Positions 7,815-16,242 of a stretch of DNA of 44,314 nt are shown here, piece after piece. Position 1 is the stretch's first letter; every line of letters starts with the position of its first letter. Source of the stretch: Pseudomonadota bacterium (GTDB taxonomy: Bacteria > Bdellovibrionota > FAC87 > UBA2466); assembly GCA_043718025.1 (NCBI GenBank), contig JAYSWN010000232.1, positions 1 to 44,314 on the forward strand, in the 5' to 3' direction. The notes below the pieces were generated by a model, which did no database searches, was not told the DNA's origin, and was given only the letters and a program-made list of their open reading frames with translations. The position numbers were made by a program, and so were the translations under genes.

Positions 7815-8492
7815 ATGAAATTCATTGCACTATTGGCGGTGGTTTGTTCCACCTTTTCGTTTGGGTACGAATTTGGCGAAAACGTTCCGGAGAAAGTGAA
7901 AACGCAGGTCACCCGTGATTTGCAATTCATGAAAGAAATTCAAGGATCGCAGACTTCGGCGATTCACAAAGAGATCTTTGGCGAAGTGGATGGCAAAGCT
8001 TACGGCGAGTGGTTCGAATCGCGCGTGACCTACATCGGCCTGCACACCTGTGGAAGCGCTACCGCGGTGGCTTGCGTGATTCCTTTTCTAGGCTCTTCCA
8101 AGATCTGGTTCACCAAAAACTATACCGACATCGATCATCCGCAAATCGCGAAGATGATGGTGACCTACCACGAAGCTCGTCATACCGAGACGGACAATGG
8201 AAATTGGTCGCACGCCCGCTGCCCAACCCCGTTTAAGAACGCCAAGGGCGAAGACATGAAAAGCATCTGGACCGGCGCTAAATTGGCGGGCGAAGCGGCT
8301 TGCGACATCACGCCACTGGGATCTTATGGTTCCTCTTTAATCCTGTTGAAAAACATCAACAAGTTCTGCTCGAACTGCTCGGACAAAGTGAAAATGGATG
8401 CCGGCATTTATGCTGACGATCACCTTGGTCGCATCACCAGCGCAGAGGCTTTGGCCGCAATCAAAGCTGACCTTTACTCCGACGCTCGCTAA
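7815..8492 (+). CDS. Secreted Cys-rich protein with HExxH motif (putative zinc metallopeptidase)
   Basis: Signal peptide MKFIALLAVVCSTFSFG after a GGGGGG RBS (start 7815 preferred to 7755); motif YHEARH. Confidence 0.7.
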   Translation: MKFIALLAVVCSTFSFGYEFGENVPEKVKTQVTRDLQFMKEIQGSQTSAIHKEIFGEVDGKAYGEWFESRVTYIGLHTCGSATAVACVIPFLGSSKIWFTKNYTDIDHPQIAKMMVTYHEARHTETDNGNWSHARCPTPFKNAKGEDMKSIWTGAKLAGEAACDITPLGSYGSSLILLKNINKFCSNCSDKVKMDAGIYADDHLGRITSAEALAAIKADLYSDAR

Positions 8493-8508
8493 TTGTTAGA
8501 CCTAAACG

Positions 8509-9237
8509 ATGAAAGCTCGTCATTTAGGCATACTAGCGGTTTTGATCGTAGTCGTTCTTGGGCTCCAAGTCTGGCGGGGACAACCGTCAGACTTGGGGCA
8601 CCAGTCTCGCCTCAACTACCAGGTGGAAAAGCGTTCCGATTCGCAGCTAGCCTCGACGGCCCCCGTTCCTTCGCGTGGAATGGAAATATTGAAAGTACAA
8701 AACGAAGCCTTGCCCTCGCGCGATAAAAAGCGAATTCAAATTTTAGACGAGATTCTTGATTTGAAAAATGACAACGATCTGCGGCTGGACACCGAGTTTC
8801 GTCAGATGAGCCCGGAGCTAAAGCGTTCGCTCGAATTGAAATACAGCACCGTCTCCCGCGAAAAACTGAATGAGCGCGGCACGCTGGTTTTTTTACTCGG
8901 CCGCGAGATAAAAACTGAAGCCGACCTAAAGTTCATTGCGGGCGTGGCAAAGGAAGCTCCTTGCCTGGGAATGAGTGATTGCCGCCGTGCCGACCCACTG
9001 GGCGAAGGCACAGGCGTACACCAAGGGCAAGATAGTCCGGAGCAAGTGATGAGTGAGCGTACTCTGGTTTATCCGCAGACCGTGGCAATGAAGTCATTGG
9101 AGCGCTATCTGATGGACGCCAACTCCAACCCCGCGTTGCGGCAAAGTGCAATTAAGACGCTGCGGGAGATGGCGCATCAAGAAGACAAGCGGATCTCATC
9201 GGTGGCGCAGGCGATCTTGCAGAAATACCCACAGTAA
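8509..9237 (+). CDS. Hypothetical N-terminally anchored exported protein
   Basis: TM LGILAVLIVVVLGL; CxxxxxC motif; helical C-terminus; 16 nt after the upstream gene. Confidence 0.7.
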   Translation: MKARHLGILAVLIVVVLGLQVWRGQPSDLGHQSRLNYQVEKRSDSQLASTAPVPSRGMEILKVQNEALPSRDKKRIQILDEILDLKNDNDLRLDTEFRQMSPELKRSLELKYSTVSREKLNERGTLVFLLGREIKTEADLKFIAGVAKEAPCLGMSDCRRADPLGEGTGVHQGQDSPEQVMSERTLVYPQTVAMKSLERYLMDANSNPALRQSAIKTLREMAHQEDKRISSVAQAILQKYPQ

Positions 9238-9258
9238 ATTGGCTCTTAAGCGGGGGAT

Positions 9259-9296
9259 AAAACCCTCGGGCTTATCGCTAAGCCCGAAGGGTCTTA
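9259..9296. terminator. Strong hairpin, probable bidirectional terminator between convergent genes
   Basis: ACCCTCGGGCTTA-TCGC-TAAGCCCGAAGGGT flanked by AAAA on the left and TCTT on the right. Confidence 0.7.
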
Positions 9297-9362
9297 TGGA
9301 GGGGAACAGGAATGCTTCTGCCTATACAGACGTGATGGCAATTAACCTGTGACTAAATTGTT

Positions 9363-10457
9363 TTAGGCCGCTTTACGCAGTTGGTAGGGAAGGCGGAGCA
9401 CCAGATTGTGGGTGGTCATTACGCCGTTGGAGAGGATGCGGTAGGCCGTAACAATTACGTGGCAGCCGCCGATTTTAAGGTGGTGCAGATTTTTTTTATC
9501 TTTCATCTCTTCCGGAATCGCGTTGCCGCGCCCTTCGGCAATGGCGATGACGAGCGAAACTTTCATATGGTGTGGGCGGTCTTTTCTTGCCACCAGGTCG
9601 CGCGATAAGGACGCTGAGCTCACCGCATCTTCGTGCGAGGCGTACCAGCCCTTCATCTTTTTTAATTCGAGATAATTGCGGTAGGGGTGCGAATGGTAGT
9701 CACCAATAATTTCAAGTTGGGGAAAGAGCGATCCCGACGCTTCCACTAGCGCGTTTAAGCTATGGGCACTCGGCGTGACCGAACTCGAGCTCGACTTAGC
9801 CCGAATTTGCGGCACCGCTTTTTCTACGTGCACAAAGTTGCGGGTGTGCGTGCCTTCGCCCCGCTTGATCGATCGTGCTGAAGTGGTCATGCCCAGCACC
9901 AAACCAAAGACTTCGGAAAACGGCTCTTTTTTAGATTTAGGAACGCGGTAGGTTTCAAAGGCACCCAGCAGCATGTCTTCCAGCGCTTGGTTTTGAATCA
10001 CCACTTCTAAGCTTTCGTGTCGGAGTTCAACCTCGGCCAGCCAATCAAAATCACTGCGGGAGTAATGGCGGCGCAATAACAGGTGATGCTCGTCGTACGG
10101 ATTGATTTCGGCTTGGCGAATGATCTGGTTCACCAGACGAATATCTCCCTTGGTGATGCGCCACGACTTTAGCACTTGGGTCATCGAGGCCGATTCGGCA
10201 ATGCGCGCATAGATGGCCTGCGGAAGTTTGATCCGGGTACCCAATGATAGAAAAAGATTAACCAACGACTTTTCGCGTTTTGCTTTCAGGCAAAAGTCCC
10301 GCAAGTCGGGGAGGATGTGTGGTTCGCCCATTAGCAAATAAACTAGCGACTTATAAAGACTGTTTCGCTTTTTTTCGGGAATGGCTCCGCCCGTGAAGGC
10401 GCGATCAATCGCACCTCGGATGGGGGAAATCAGGCGTTGTAGACGAGTTTTTGCCAC
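9363..10457 (-). CDS. JAB/MPN (Mov34, JAMM)-domain protein with N-terminal helical extension
   Basis: Catalytic pattern EVFGLVLG ... IIGDYHSHP ... S-H-E-D (E-xn-HxH-xn-SxxD). Confidence 0.75.
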   Translation of the reverse strand: MAKTRLQRLISPIRGAIDRAFTGGAIPEKKRNSLYKSLVYLLMGEPHILPDLRDFCLKAKREKSLVNLFLSLGTRIKLPQAIYARIAESASMTQVLKSWRITKGDIRLVNQIIRQAEINPYDEHHLLLRRHYSRSDFDWLAEVELRHESLEVVIQNQALEDMLLGAFETYRVPKSKKEPFSEVFGLVLGMTTSARSIKRGEGTHTRNFVHVEKAVPQIRAKSSSSSVTPSAHSLNALVEASGSLFPQLEIIGDYHSHPYRNYLELKKMKGWYASHEDAVSSASLSRDLVARKDRPHHMKVSLVIAIAEGRGNAIPEEMKDKKNLHHLKIGGCHVIVTAYRILSNGVMTTHNLVLRLPYQLRKAA

Positions 10458-10576
10458 GGTGTCTTATCGGAATCGTTGAAGGATCCCAGTAAACTGTTCG
10501 CCGCAGCGAGTCGCATAGTGAGAGTTTATGTCGGCAGCTGAGAGGACGCCCAGCGTCTAACTTTTAGGGTGATCTT

Positions 10577-10828
10577 TTAGACCGGCTCTTTGCTCTTAAT
10601 GCTTTCGGGTTTGCTCATATCCGCTTGGGATCCTGCAGGGATGGTTGTGTTGTGCGGCGTGGTCACTCCGGAGATATCTTTGGGGGCCTCATCCTCGCCA
10701 CTCAGGGCCTTTTTGAAATCGCGAATACCCTTACCCATGCCCTTCGCCAATTCGGGCAAGCGCCGTGGCCCAAAGACCAGAAGCGCGACGGCAAAGATAA
10801 CCACAAGTTCAGGTAGTCCTAAGTTCAT
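10577..10828 (-). CDS. tatA: Twin-arginine translocase subunit TatA
   Basis: MNLGLPELVVIFAVALLVFGPRRLPELAKGMGKGIRDFKKA; GAGGAG RBS. Confidence 0.95.
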   Translation of the reverse strand: MNLGLPELVVIFAVALLVFGPRRLPELAKGMGKGIRDFKKALSGEDEAPKDISGVTTPHNTTIPAGSQADMSKPESIKSKEPV

Positions 10829-10844
10829 AGCTTGGCCTTACTCC

Positions 10845-12122
10845 TCAAAGCCCTGAAGCGTCAACTTCGGGTTCGCTGGCCTGCCAGTCTTGGTCGAAAA
10901 GCGAGAGGTAGTGTTGCCCCACCTCGGCGCTATCGATCACCACGCCGGCTTCTCGATTGCGCTCAACCGAGTTCTGGTTCCAATTGATCGAGCTCACTAA
11001 AACCCGCGATCTGTCGGCGATGGCCCCCTTATTATGGATATAACTCACGCCCATGGCCTTAACGTCGGCGATTCGCCCTTCCAGTTTAAGATCCTCTGAC
11101 TCAGCCAGCTCATTAAGAAGCTCTACGGTGACAACGTTCTTCGACTCACTGTCTAGGGTAGTTGCCCCGCCGCCGCCAAAAACGCGTTCGTCGTTTAAGA
11201 GCACTCGCACCGTCACGCCACGGCGGGCGGCGGCCATCACCTCGCTGAGCAGGGGCGACTCTTCGGGCGAATTTCCCCAGCGCGGAGAGAAAGTCATCAG
11301 CTCAAGATCGAGCGAAGTCTGCGCCGTGTTTAGAAATTTTTTGAGTCCGCTCAGGCTAGTATCGGGAGAGGTTACGTATTCTAACCCCTGGGCTTCGAAA
11401 TTCATCGGCCCTTCGTCTTCCACCGTAAACCGATTGGTCTGAGCCACCCACGGGGTGGTGCCGGTAAAGCGATACAGCGCGGCCACTTTCGAAAACAGGC
11501 TTTCGTTTACGAGCTCCTTAATATCCGCTGCTTTGCGATCGGCGTCGGCGGCAAAAATTTTTGCATAGTAAGCGACCGCCTCGGCTTCTTTGGCCACGAT
11601 TTGCCAGCCGCGGTTTTTCTTTTTTGAGTTTTGGTCCGAAGACGAAAAGTTTTCGGATCCAACCGAAACTATTTCGTCGTCGACGATCATGTATTTGGCG
11701 TGATTGAAGGCAAAGCGCCGGTTCTTATCGAGTTGGCTTCGTGCGGCATCGGGGGCCTCCATCAGCGAAAAGCGGCATTGTGGACTCGCCGTATTAGATT
11801 TCATGGCGGCTACGATTTGGTTTTTAATTTCTAGGGAGGCGTCACTCATCCCTCCCACCGGTTGACCTTCCATCAGAATATGAACGTCCACTCCGGCTTC
11901 AATTTTTTTTATGACGGCGTCGGCAATCTCGGGTGACTTCATTTCGTAGATATTGATTCTCAGTTTATTTTTCGTGCTGGAGATGGTGTGAAGGGTGTTG
12001 GCCAGAAGATTTTCGGGTGCCTCGCTCACCTTAATCGGGATGGCTCCGGCCCCGGTGGTCAAAAATAACGTGGTGAAAAGCAGCGTCATAACCAGGGGCG
12101 GGGTACCGTGCGGTTTGGGCAT
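10845..12122 (-). CDS. Secreted phospholipase D-superfamily protein
   Basis: Two HKD motifs (NHAKYMIVD..VGSEN; IHNKGAIAD..VSSIN). GGAGG RBS before ATG 12122, followed by a signal peptide; the ORF-track start 12332 overlaps the divergent gene. Confidence 0.88.
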   Translation of the reverse strand: MPKPHGTPPLVMTLLFTTLFLTTGAGAIPIKVSEAPENLLANTLHTISSTKNKLRINIYEMKSPEIADAVIKKIEAGVDVHILMEGQPVGGMSDASLEIKNQIVAAMKSNTASPQCRFSLMEAPDAARSQLDKNRRFAFNHAKYMIVDDEIVSVGSENFSSSDQNSKKKNRGWQIVAKEAEAVAYYAKIFAADADRKAADIKELVNESLFSKVAALYRFTGTTPWVAQTNRFTVEDEGPMNFEAQGLEYVTSPDTSLSGLKKFLNTAQTSLDLELMTFSPRWGNSPEESPLLSEVMAAARRGVTVRVLLNDERVFGGGGATTLDSESKNVVTVELLNELAESEDLKLEGRIADVKAMGVSYIHNKGAIADRSRVLVSSINWNQNSVERNREAGVVIDSAEVGQHYLSLFDQDWQASEPEVDASGL

Positions 12123-12234
12123 GTGGTTGCCTCCCTTTCGTGAGATCTGAGCACGAGAAAACGTTGCCGACAACGAGTAAAGCGTGCGCGGCGAGTCATG
12201 TTTAATCACTGAGTTGCGGTAAAATCCGGCTGGC

Positions 12235-13773
12235 GTGCAAAAATACTTTTGGTTTTTTTTAGCGGTTTTTCTGGCAACGATTTGGGGTTGCAGTTTTTCG
12301 CCCCCGAAAGGCACCGTCTCTTTGCGACTCATTCGCGGCGGCCCCGAATTGGTGACCGACTTTAAGTGTTTTGGATTGAACGTGGTGGGGGAGGGGATTC
12401 CGTCGGTCGATTCTAGTTTTGTTGCCGACTGGCAAACGGTGGCCGCCGGAAAAACGTGCGCCTATCCGGGCTTGACCTCATCACTACAAGCGCTGGGTTC
12501 GTCATCGGGCTCAACTGGATCAAAAAACGAAATCGCCTTTCCGATAAAAGTCTCACCCGGCAAGTCTCGTGTCTTTCAGATCATTGGGGTGCAAACTGAG
12601 GGCGGCTGCCCCGAAGAGGACTTGGGAAAATTGCTGGCCCAAAATAGATCGGGCGCGTTGTCGGAAAAGATTAGCGGCTTGTACGAGGTGGGCCGCGCCG
12701 TGACCGACGTTTATCAAGCCAACAATATCGACGTCACCGCAAGCTATAAGGCGGGCAGCGCTTACAATTTAAAAGACTGCTACCCTCCCCCGGGTTCCGG
12801 CGGTAACGACTTCGTGCTCTCTGATTTTCCAATTGGCCTGTCCAACGGTGACAAGTATCAGCTGAAACCAAGGGGAGGGACCGCGCCGTTTAAATACAGA
12901 GTGATCAGCGAAGGCGCAGGTGCGTTTGCTTCGGTGGACAGAGAAACCGGGTTAGTGACCGCGGCCGGCGGCCCGCCGTTGCCTAACACGATTGAAGTTA
13001 CCGATTTCGATAATCGGACGGCGCGGGTGACCGCCAAATTATTTACTCCGGCTGCGTACGGCGGGCTACTTCAGTATTGGTACCGCGCCTCTCAGTTCTT
13101 GGGCCAGATAACTGATGGGGCAGATTTGCCCGACAGCAATCGGCTCAAAAATAGTGGCAGCGGCGGTTCAAATTCGGATATGCAAACCGGGATTCTTTTG
13201 GCCAACACTAATTCCGTCCGTTTTCGCACCGCCTCGGCGCCGAGAGGGAGTGCTTCGGTAGAACTCTACTCTGGTTTTAAGTACGAACGTTCAGATGCCG
13301 GCGTAGCCTTAGGGGGGGCTCACCAAATTTTTCTGGTGGTTAAACGCTCAAAAGCATTGAATGGCAGCGCGATGTGCCTCGGTGTGTTTTCCGCATGCTT
13401 GCCGACCGGACACGGTTCGACCCTGTTGTGGCCAGACACCACAGCGACATACACTTACCGTCTGCTTGGCAACAGCGGTGCTTCTACAACAATTAATTAC
13501 GACGCTGGAAAAGAGCTGGGGTGGACAGTGTTATCTGGGAAGTGGGATGGCACAAGTGGTACGGACGGACTGCAACTTACGGTGAACGGAAACGTAACCA
13601 AAGCCACCACCGCAAACACGAGTATTTCTGTCGCGGGCGGTATCATCTCGGTTGGGCCAATAACGGGGCAAACTGGCGTCGACTTCATGGAGTTTGCCGA
13701 GATGCTCATTTACACCGCAGCGGTTTCTGAAACGGCAGTCTATGAGTACCTGCAATATAAATATGGGCTTTGA
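12235..13773 (+). CDS. Surface lipoprotein with Ig-like and C-terminal LamG/concanavalin-like domains
   Basis: Lipobox-like LATIWGC; GGTAPFKY...IEVTD Ig-like repeat; L.YWYRA...AEMLIY..AVS....EYLQYKYGL LamG-like pattern. Confidence 0.65.
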   Translation: MQKYFWFFLAVFLATIWGCSFSPPKGTVSLRLIRGGPELVTDFKCFGLNVVGEGIPSVDSSFVADWQTVAAGKTCAYPGLTSSLQALGSSSGSTGSKNEIAFPIKVSPGKSRVFQIIGVQTEGGCPEEDLGKLLAQNRSGALSEKISGLYEVGRAVTDVYQANNIDVTASYKAGSAYNLKDCYPPPGSGGNDFVLSDFPIGLSNGDKYQLKPRGGTAPFKYRVISEGAGAFASVDRETGLVTAAGGPPLPNTIEVTDFDNRTARVTAKLFTPAAYGGLLQYWYRASQFLGQITDGADLPDSNRLKNSGSGGSNSDMQTGILLANTNSVRFRTASAPRGSASVELYSGFKYERSDAGVALGGAHQIFLVVKRSKALNGSAMCLGVFSACLPTGHGSTLLWPDTTATYTYRLLGNSGASTTINYDAGKELGWTVLSGKWDGTSGTDGLQLTVNGNVTKATTANTSISVAGGIISVGPITGQTGVDFMEFAEMLIYTAAVSETAVYEYLQYKYGL

Positions 13774-13810
13774 AAAAAATCCCCTTTTCGCAGTTTAAGG
13801 TAGCCGACAA

Positions 13811-14167
13811 TTAAGGAACAAAGGTGATCGTACGAAAGTCTTTATGATCGCCCTTGGTGGCGATGATGAACACGGTGCAAGGCCGCTGTGCCGTGCAGGT
13901 TCCAAACCCACCGGCTTGATTCACCTTGTAGGCCGTGGCCGGGGCATTGACCGCATTCTGCCATTGAAACTCAGGCACGGCTTCGGTGCCGCGAAAGCTG
14001 ATCGAGACGTTTTGATAGTCTTGATTGGCGATCGTCACTTGAATTGCCGGGGTATCTCTAATGCTAAACTGTTGGCCATCGGCGGGTGATTCAATTACGG
14101 GATTTCCCGATCCACAACCCATCAACAACGTTACGGCTATTAAACCACTAAACCACAATGCTTTCAT
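13811..14167 (-). CDS. Small lipoprotein, Ig-like
   Basis: Lipobox LLMGC; GAGGAGG RBS; PVIESPADG is typical of Ig-like domain starts. Confidence 0.75.
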   Translation of the reverse strand: MKALWFSGLIAVTLLMGCGSGNPVIESPADGQQFSIRDTPAIQVTIANQDYQNVSISFRGTEAVPEFQWQNAVNAPATAYKVNQAGGFGTCTAQRPCTVFIIATKGDHKDFRTITFVP

Positions 14168-14202
14168 CTGGTCCTCCTCGACCTAAACTCACGACAGGTT
14201 AG

Positions 14203-14218
14203 AGCAAGGGTGGTGCCA
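14203..14218 (-). promoter_or_regulatory. Sigma-54 (-24/-12) promoter for the small lipoprotein
   Basis: Minus strand TGGCAC-CACCC-TTGCT matches TGGCAC-N5-TTGCW exactly, 35 nt upstream of the ATG. Confidence 0.75.
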
Positions 14219-14351
14219 ACTGCTTGTATGCTGCGCAAAACCGGGAGAACACGGCTGAGCAACATTCCACGGCATACATCTGTGCAAACGTTCGACAGCG
14301 CTTAGGCTTTAGAGTTACAAAGCTAGGCTCAAATTCACGTGGAGAGGGTTT

Positions 14352-16157
14352 ATGCCGGCGCTGCCGCTAATTATTGGGGTTCTTTGTGTACTGGCCATTG
14401 CTTACCGCTACTACTCGCTTTTTTTAGCGAAAACGGTAGTCGGTCTCGACGATAAACGGCCCACCGCCGCCCACACCCAGAAAGATGGGCACAATTTTCA
14501 CCCCACCCACCGTGGGGTGCTCTTCGGCCATCACTTTGCGGCGATATCGGGGGCCGGGCCGTTGATTGGGCCGGTGCTGGCCGCGCAGTTTGGTTATTTG
14601 CCGGGGTTGCTTTGGCTCGTGGTGGGCGTGGTTTTAGCGGGGGCGGTTCAAGATTTTATCGTGCTGTCGGCGTCGGTACGCAAAAACGGAAGATCGCTTG
14701 CCCAGATGATTGCCGACGAAATGGGGCCCGCGGCAGGGTTTGCCGCCGGACTCGGCGTTTTGTTCGTGCTGCTTATCGCCTTGGCCGGGTTGGGCATCGT
14801 GGTGGTGAATGCGCTGACCGAAAGTGCGTGGGGCGTTTTTACGATCTCGATGACCATTCCCATTGCGCTGTTTATGAGCGCCTACATGTACGGCTTTCGC
14901 AAAGGGAAAATTGGTGAGGCCACGCTGATCGGCGGAGTGATGCTGTTATTCGCGGTGTGGGGTGGGCGGTGGGTGGCGGAGTCGAATTATGCTCACTATT
15001 TTTTGCTGGGGCGTGGTGAGCTCACTTTAGCCATGGCGATTTACGGGTTTACGGCGTCGGTGTTGCCGGTTTGGGTTTTGCTTTGTCCGCGCGACTACCT
15101 CTCTTCTTTTCTGAAAATTGGCACCATTGGGCTGCTGGTCGTGGGCGTGATGGTGGTCAATCCCCATCTGCAAATGCCGGCGGTGACCGAATTTGTAAAT
15201 GGCGGCGGACCGATCCTTTCGGGCAAAGTGTTTCCCTACGTATTTATCACCATCATGTGCGGGGCGGTGTCGGGCTTTCACGCCTTGGTGGCGTCGGGCA
15301 CGACGCCTAAAATGATCAGCCTCGAAAGCCACTGCCGCCCCATTGGCTACGGAGCCATGTTGATCGAAGGGCTGGTGGGGGTCGTGGCGCTGATTGCGGT
15401 GGCCAGCTTAAACCCCGGCGACTACTTCGCCATTAACGTGTCGCCCGAAAAGTTTCAGGGGCTGCAGCTGATGGGTTATCACGTCGAGGAGTTGCCGGTG
15501 CTCGAAGCAGAAGTGAAGGAGAAGGTGGCCGGACGCACTGGCGGTGCGGTGTCGCTGGCCGTGGGCATGGCAAAAATTTTTAGCGCCTTGCCCGGGCTGC
15601 GCGGCTGGCTGTCGTACTGGTACCATTTTGCGATCATGTTTGAGGCGCTTTTTATCCTCACGACCATTGATACGGGAACGCGCATCGCCCGTTTTGTTTT
15701 TCAAGAGTATCTGGGCAAACTCCATGCACCGTTTGGAAAACCTGATCACGTGGGCGGAACGATTTTTACTTCGGCGCTCACGGTCACGGCTTGGGGCCTA
15801 CTGATTTATACCGGAAACGTAGCCACCATCTGGCCCATGTTTGGAATTGCCAATCAACTGCTGGCGGTGATGGCCCTGCTTTTCGGAACGGTGTGGTTGT
15901 TGAATAGCGGGAAAGGCAAGTACGCCTTGGTGACTTTTCTCCCCATGCTCTTCGTTTTACTTACCACCACTAGCGGGGCCGTATCATTAGTGAACGATCA
16001 GTTTGTGCCGCTGCTTAACGCCGCCTCTGCCGCCGATCGGCTGCGTGGCGCGGTAGACATTGCCCTGACGCTCTTGATCTTTACCTGTTTCGTGGTGGTG
16101 GCGGTTCAGGCCTGGCGTCGGGCACTTCCCAACCTAAGAGCGGTGGCCGCTCCCTAG
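14352..16157 (+). CDS. cstA: Carbon starvation protein A (peptide/pyruvate transporter family)
   Basis: FGHHFAAISGAGPLIGPVLAAQFG, CGAVSGFHAL, GRTGGAVSLAVGMA, WYHFAIMFEALFILTTID, IWPMFGIANQLLA. Confidence 0.95.
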   Translation: MPALPLIIGVLCVLAIAYRYYSLFLAKTVVGLDDKRPTAAHTQKDGHNFHPTHRGVLFGHHFAAISGAGPLIGPVLAAQFGYLPGLLWLVVGVVLAGAVQDFIVLSASVRKNGRSLAQMIADEMGPAAGFAAGLGVLFVLLIALAGLGIVVVNALTESAWGVFTISMTIPIALFMSAYMYGFRKGKIGEATLIGGVMLLFAVWGGRWVAESNYAHYFLLGRGELTLAMAIYGFTASVLPVWVLLCPRDYLSSFLKIGTIGLLVVGVMVVNPHLQMPAVTEFVNGGGPILSGKVFPYVFITIMCGAVSGFHALVASGTTPKMISLESHCRPIGYGAMLIEGLVGVVALIAVASLNPGDYFAINVSPEKFQGLQLMGYHVEELPVLEAEVKEKVAGRTGGAVSLAVGMAKIFSALPGLRGWLSYWYHFAIMFEALFILTTIDTGTRIARFVFQEYLGKLHAPFGKPDHVGGTIFTSALTVTAWGLLIYTGNVATIWPMFGIANQLLAVMALLFGTVWLLNSGKGKYALVTFLPMLFVLLTTTSGAVSLVNDQFVPLLNAASAADRLRGAVDIALTLLIFTCFVVVAVQAWRRALPNLRAVAAP

Positions 16158-16242
16158 ACGAAAAAAATTGTAAAAGTTACGCAGTTGCCGTAATGCGTTA
16201 GGGAGATCGCTTTTATGATGTCGGGGTTTTCGAGGGGGTTTT

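Noticed and set aside
12123..12332. N-terminal extension of the PLD ORF
   Set aside because: It overlaps the divergent lipoprotein gene; the RBS and signal peptide fit ATG 12122.
14221..14345. Known riboswitch (e.g. c-di-GMP) or CsrA site upstream of cstA
   Set aside because: No recognisable aptamer consensus; the GGA-containing hairpin is too weak to call without an Rfam search.
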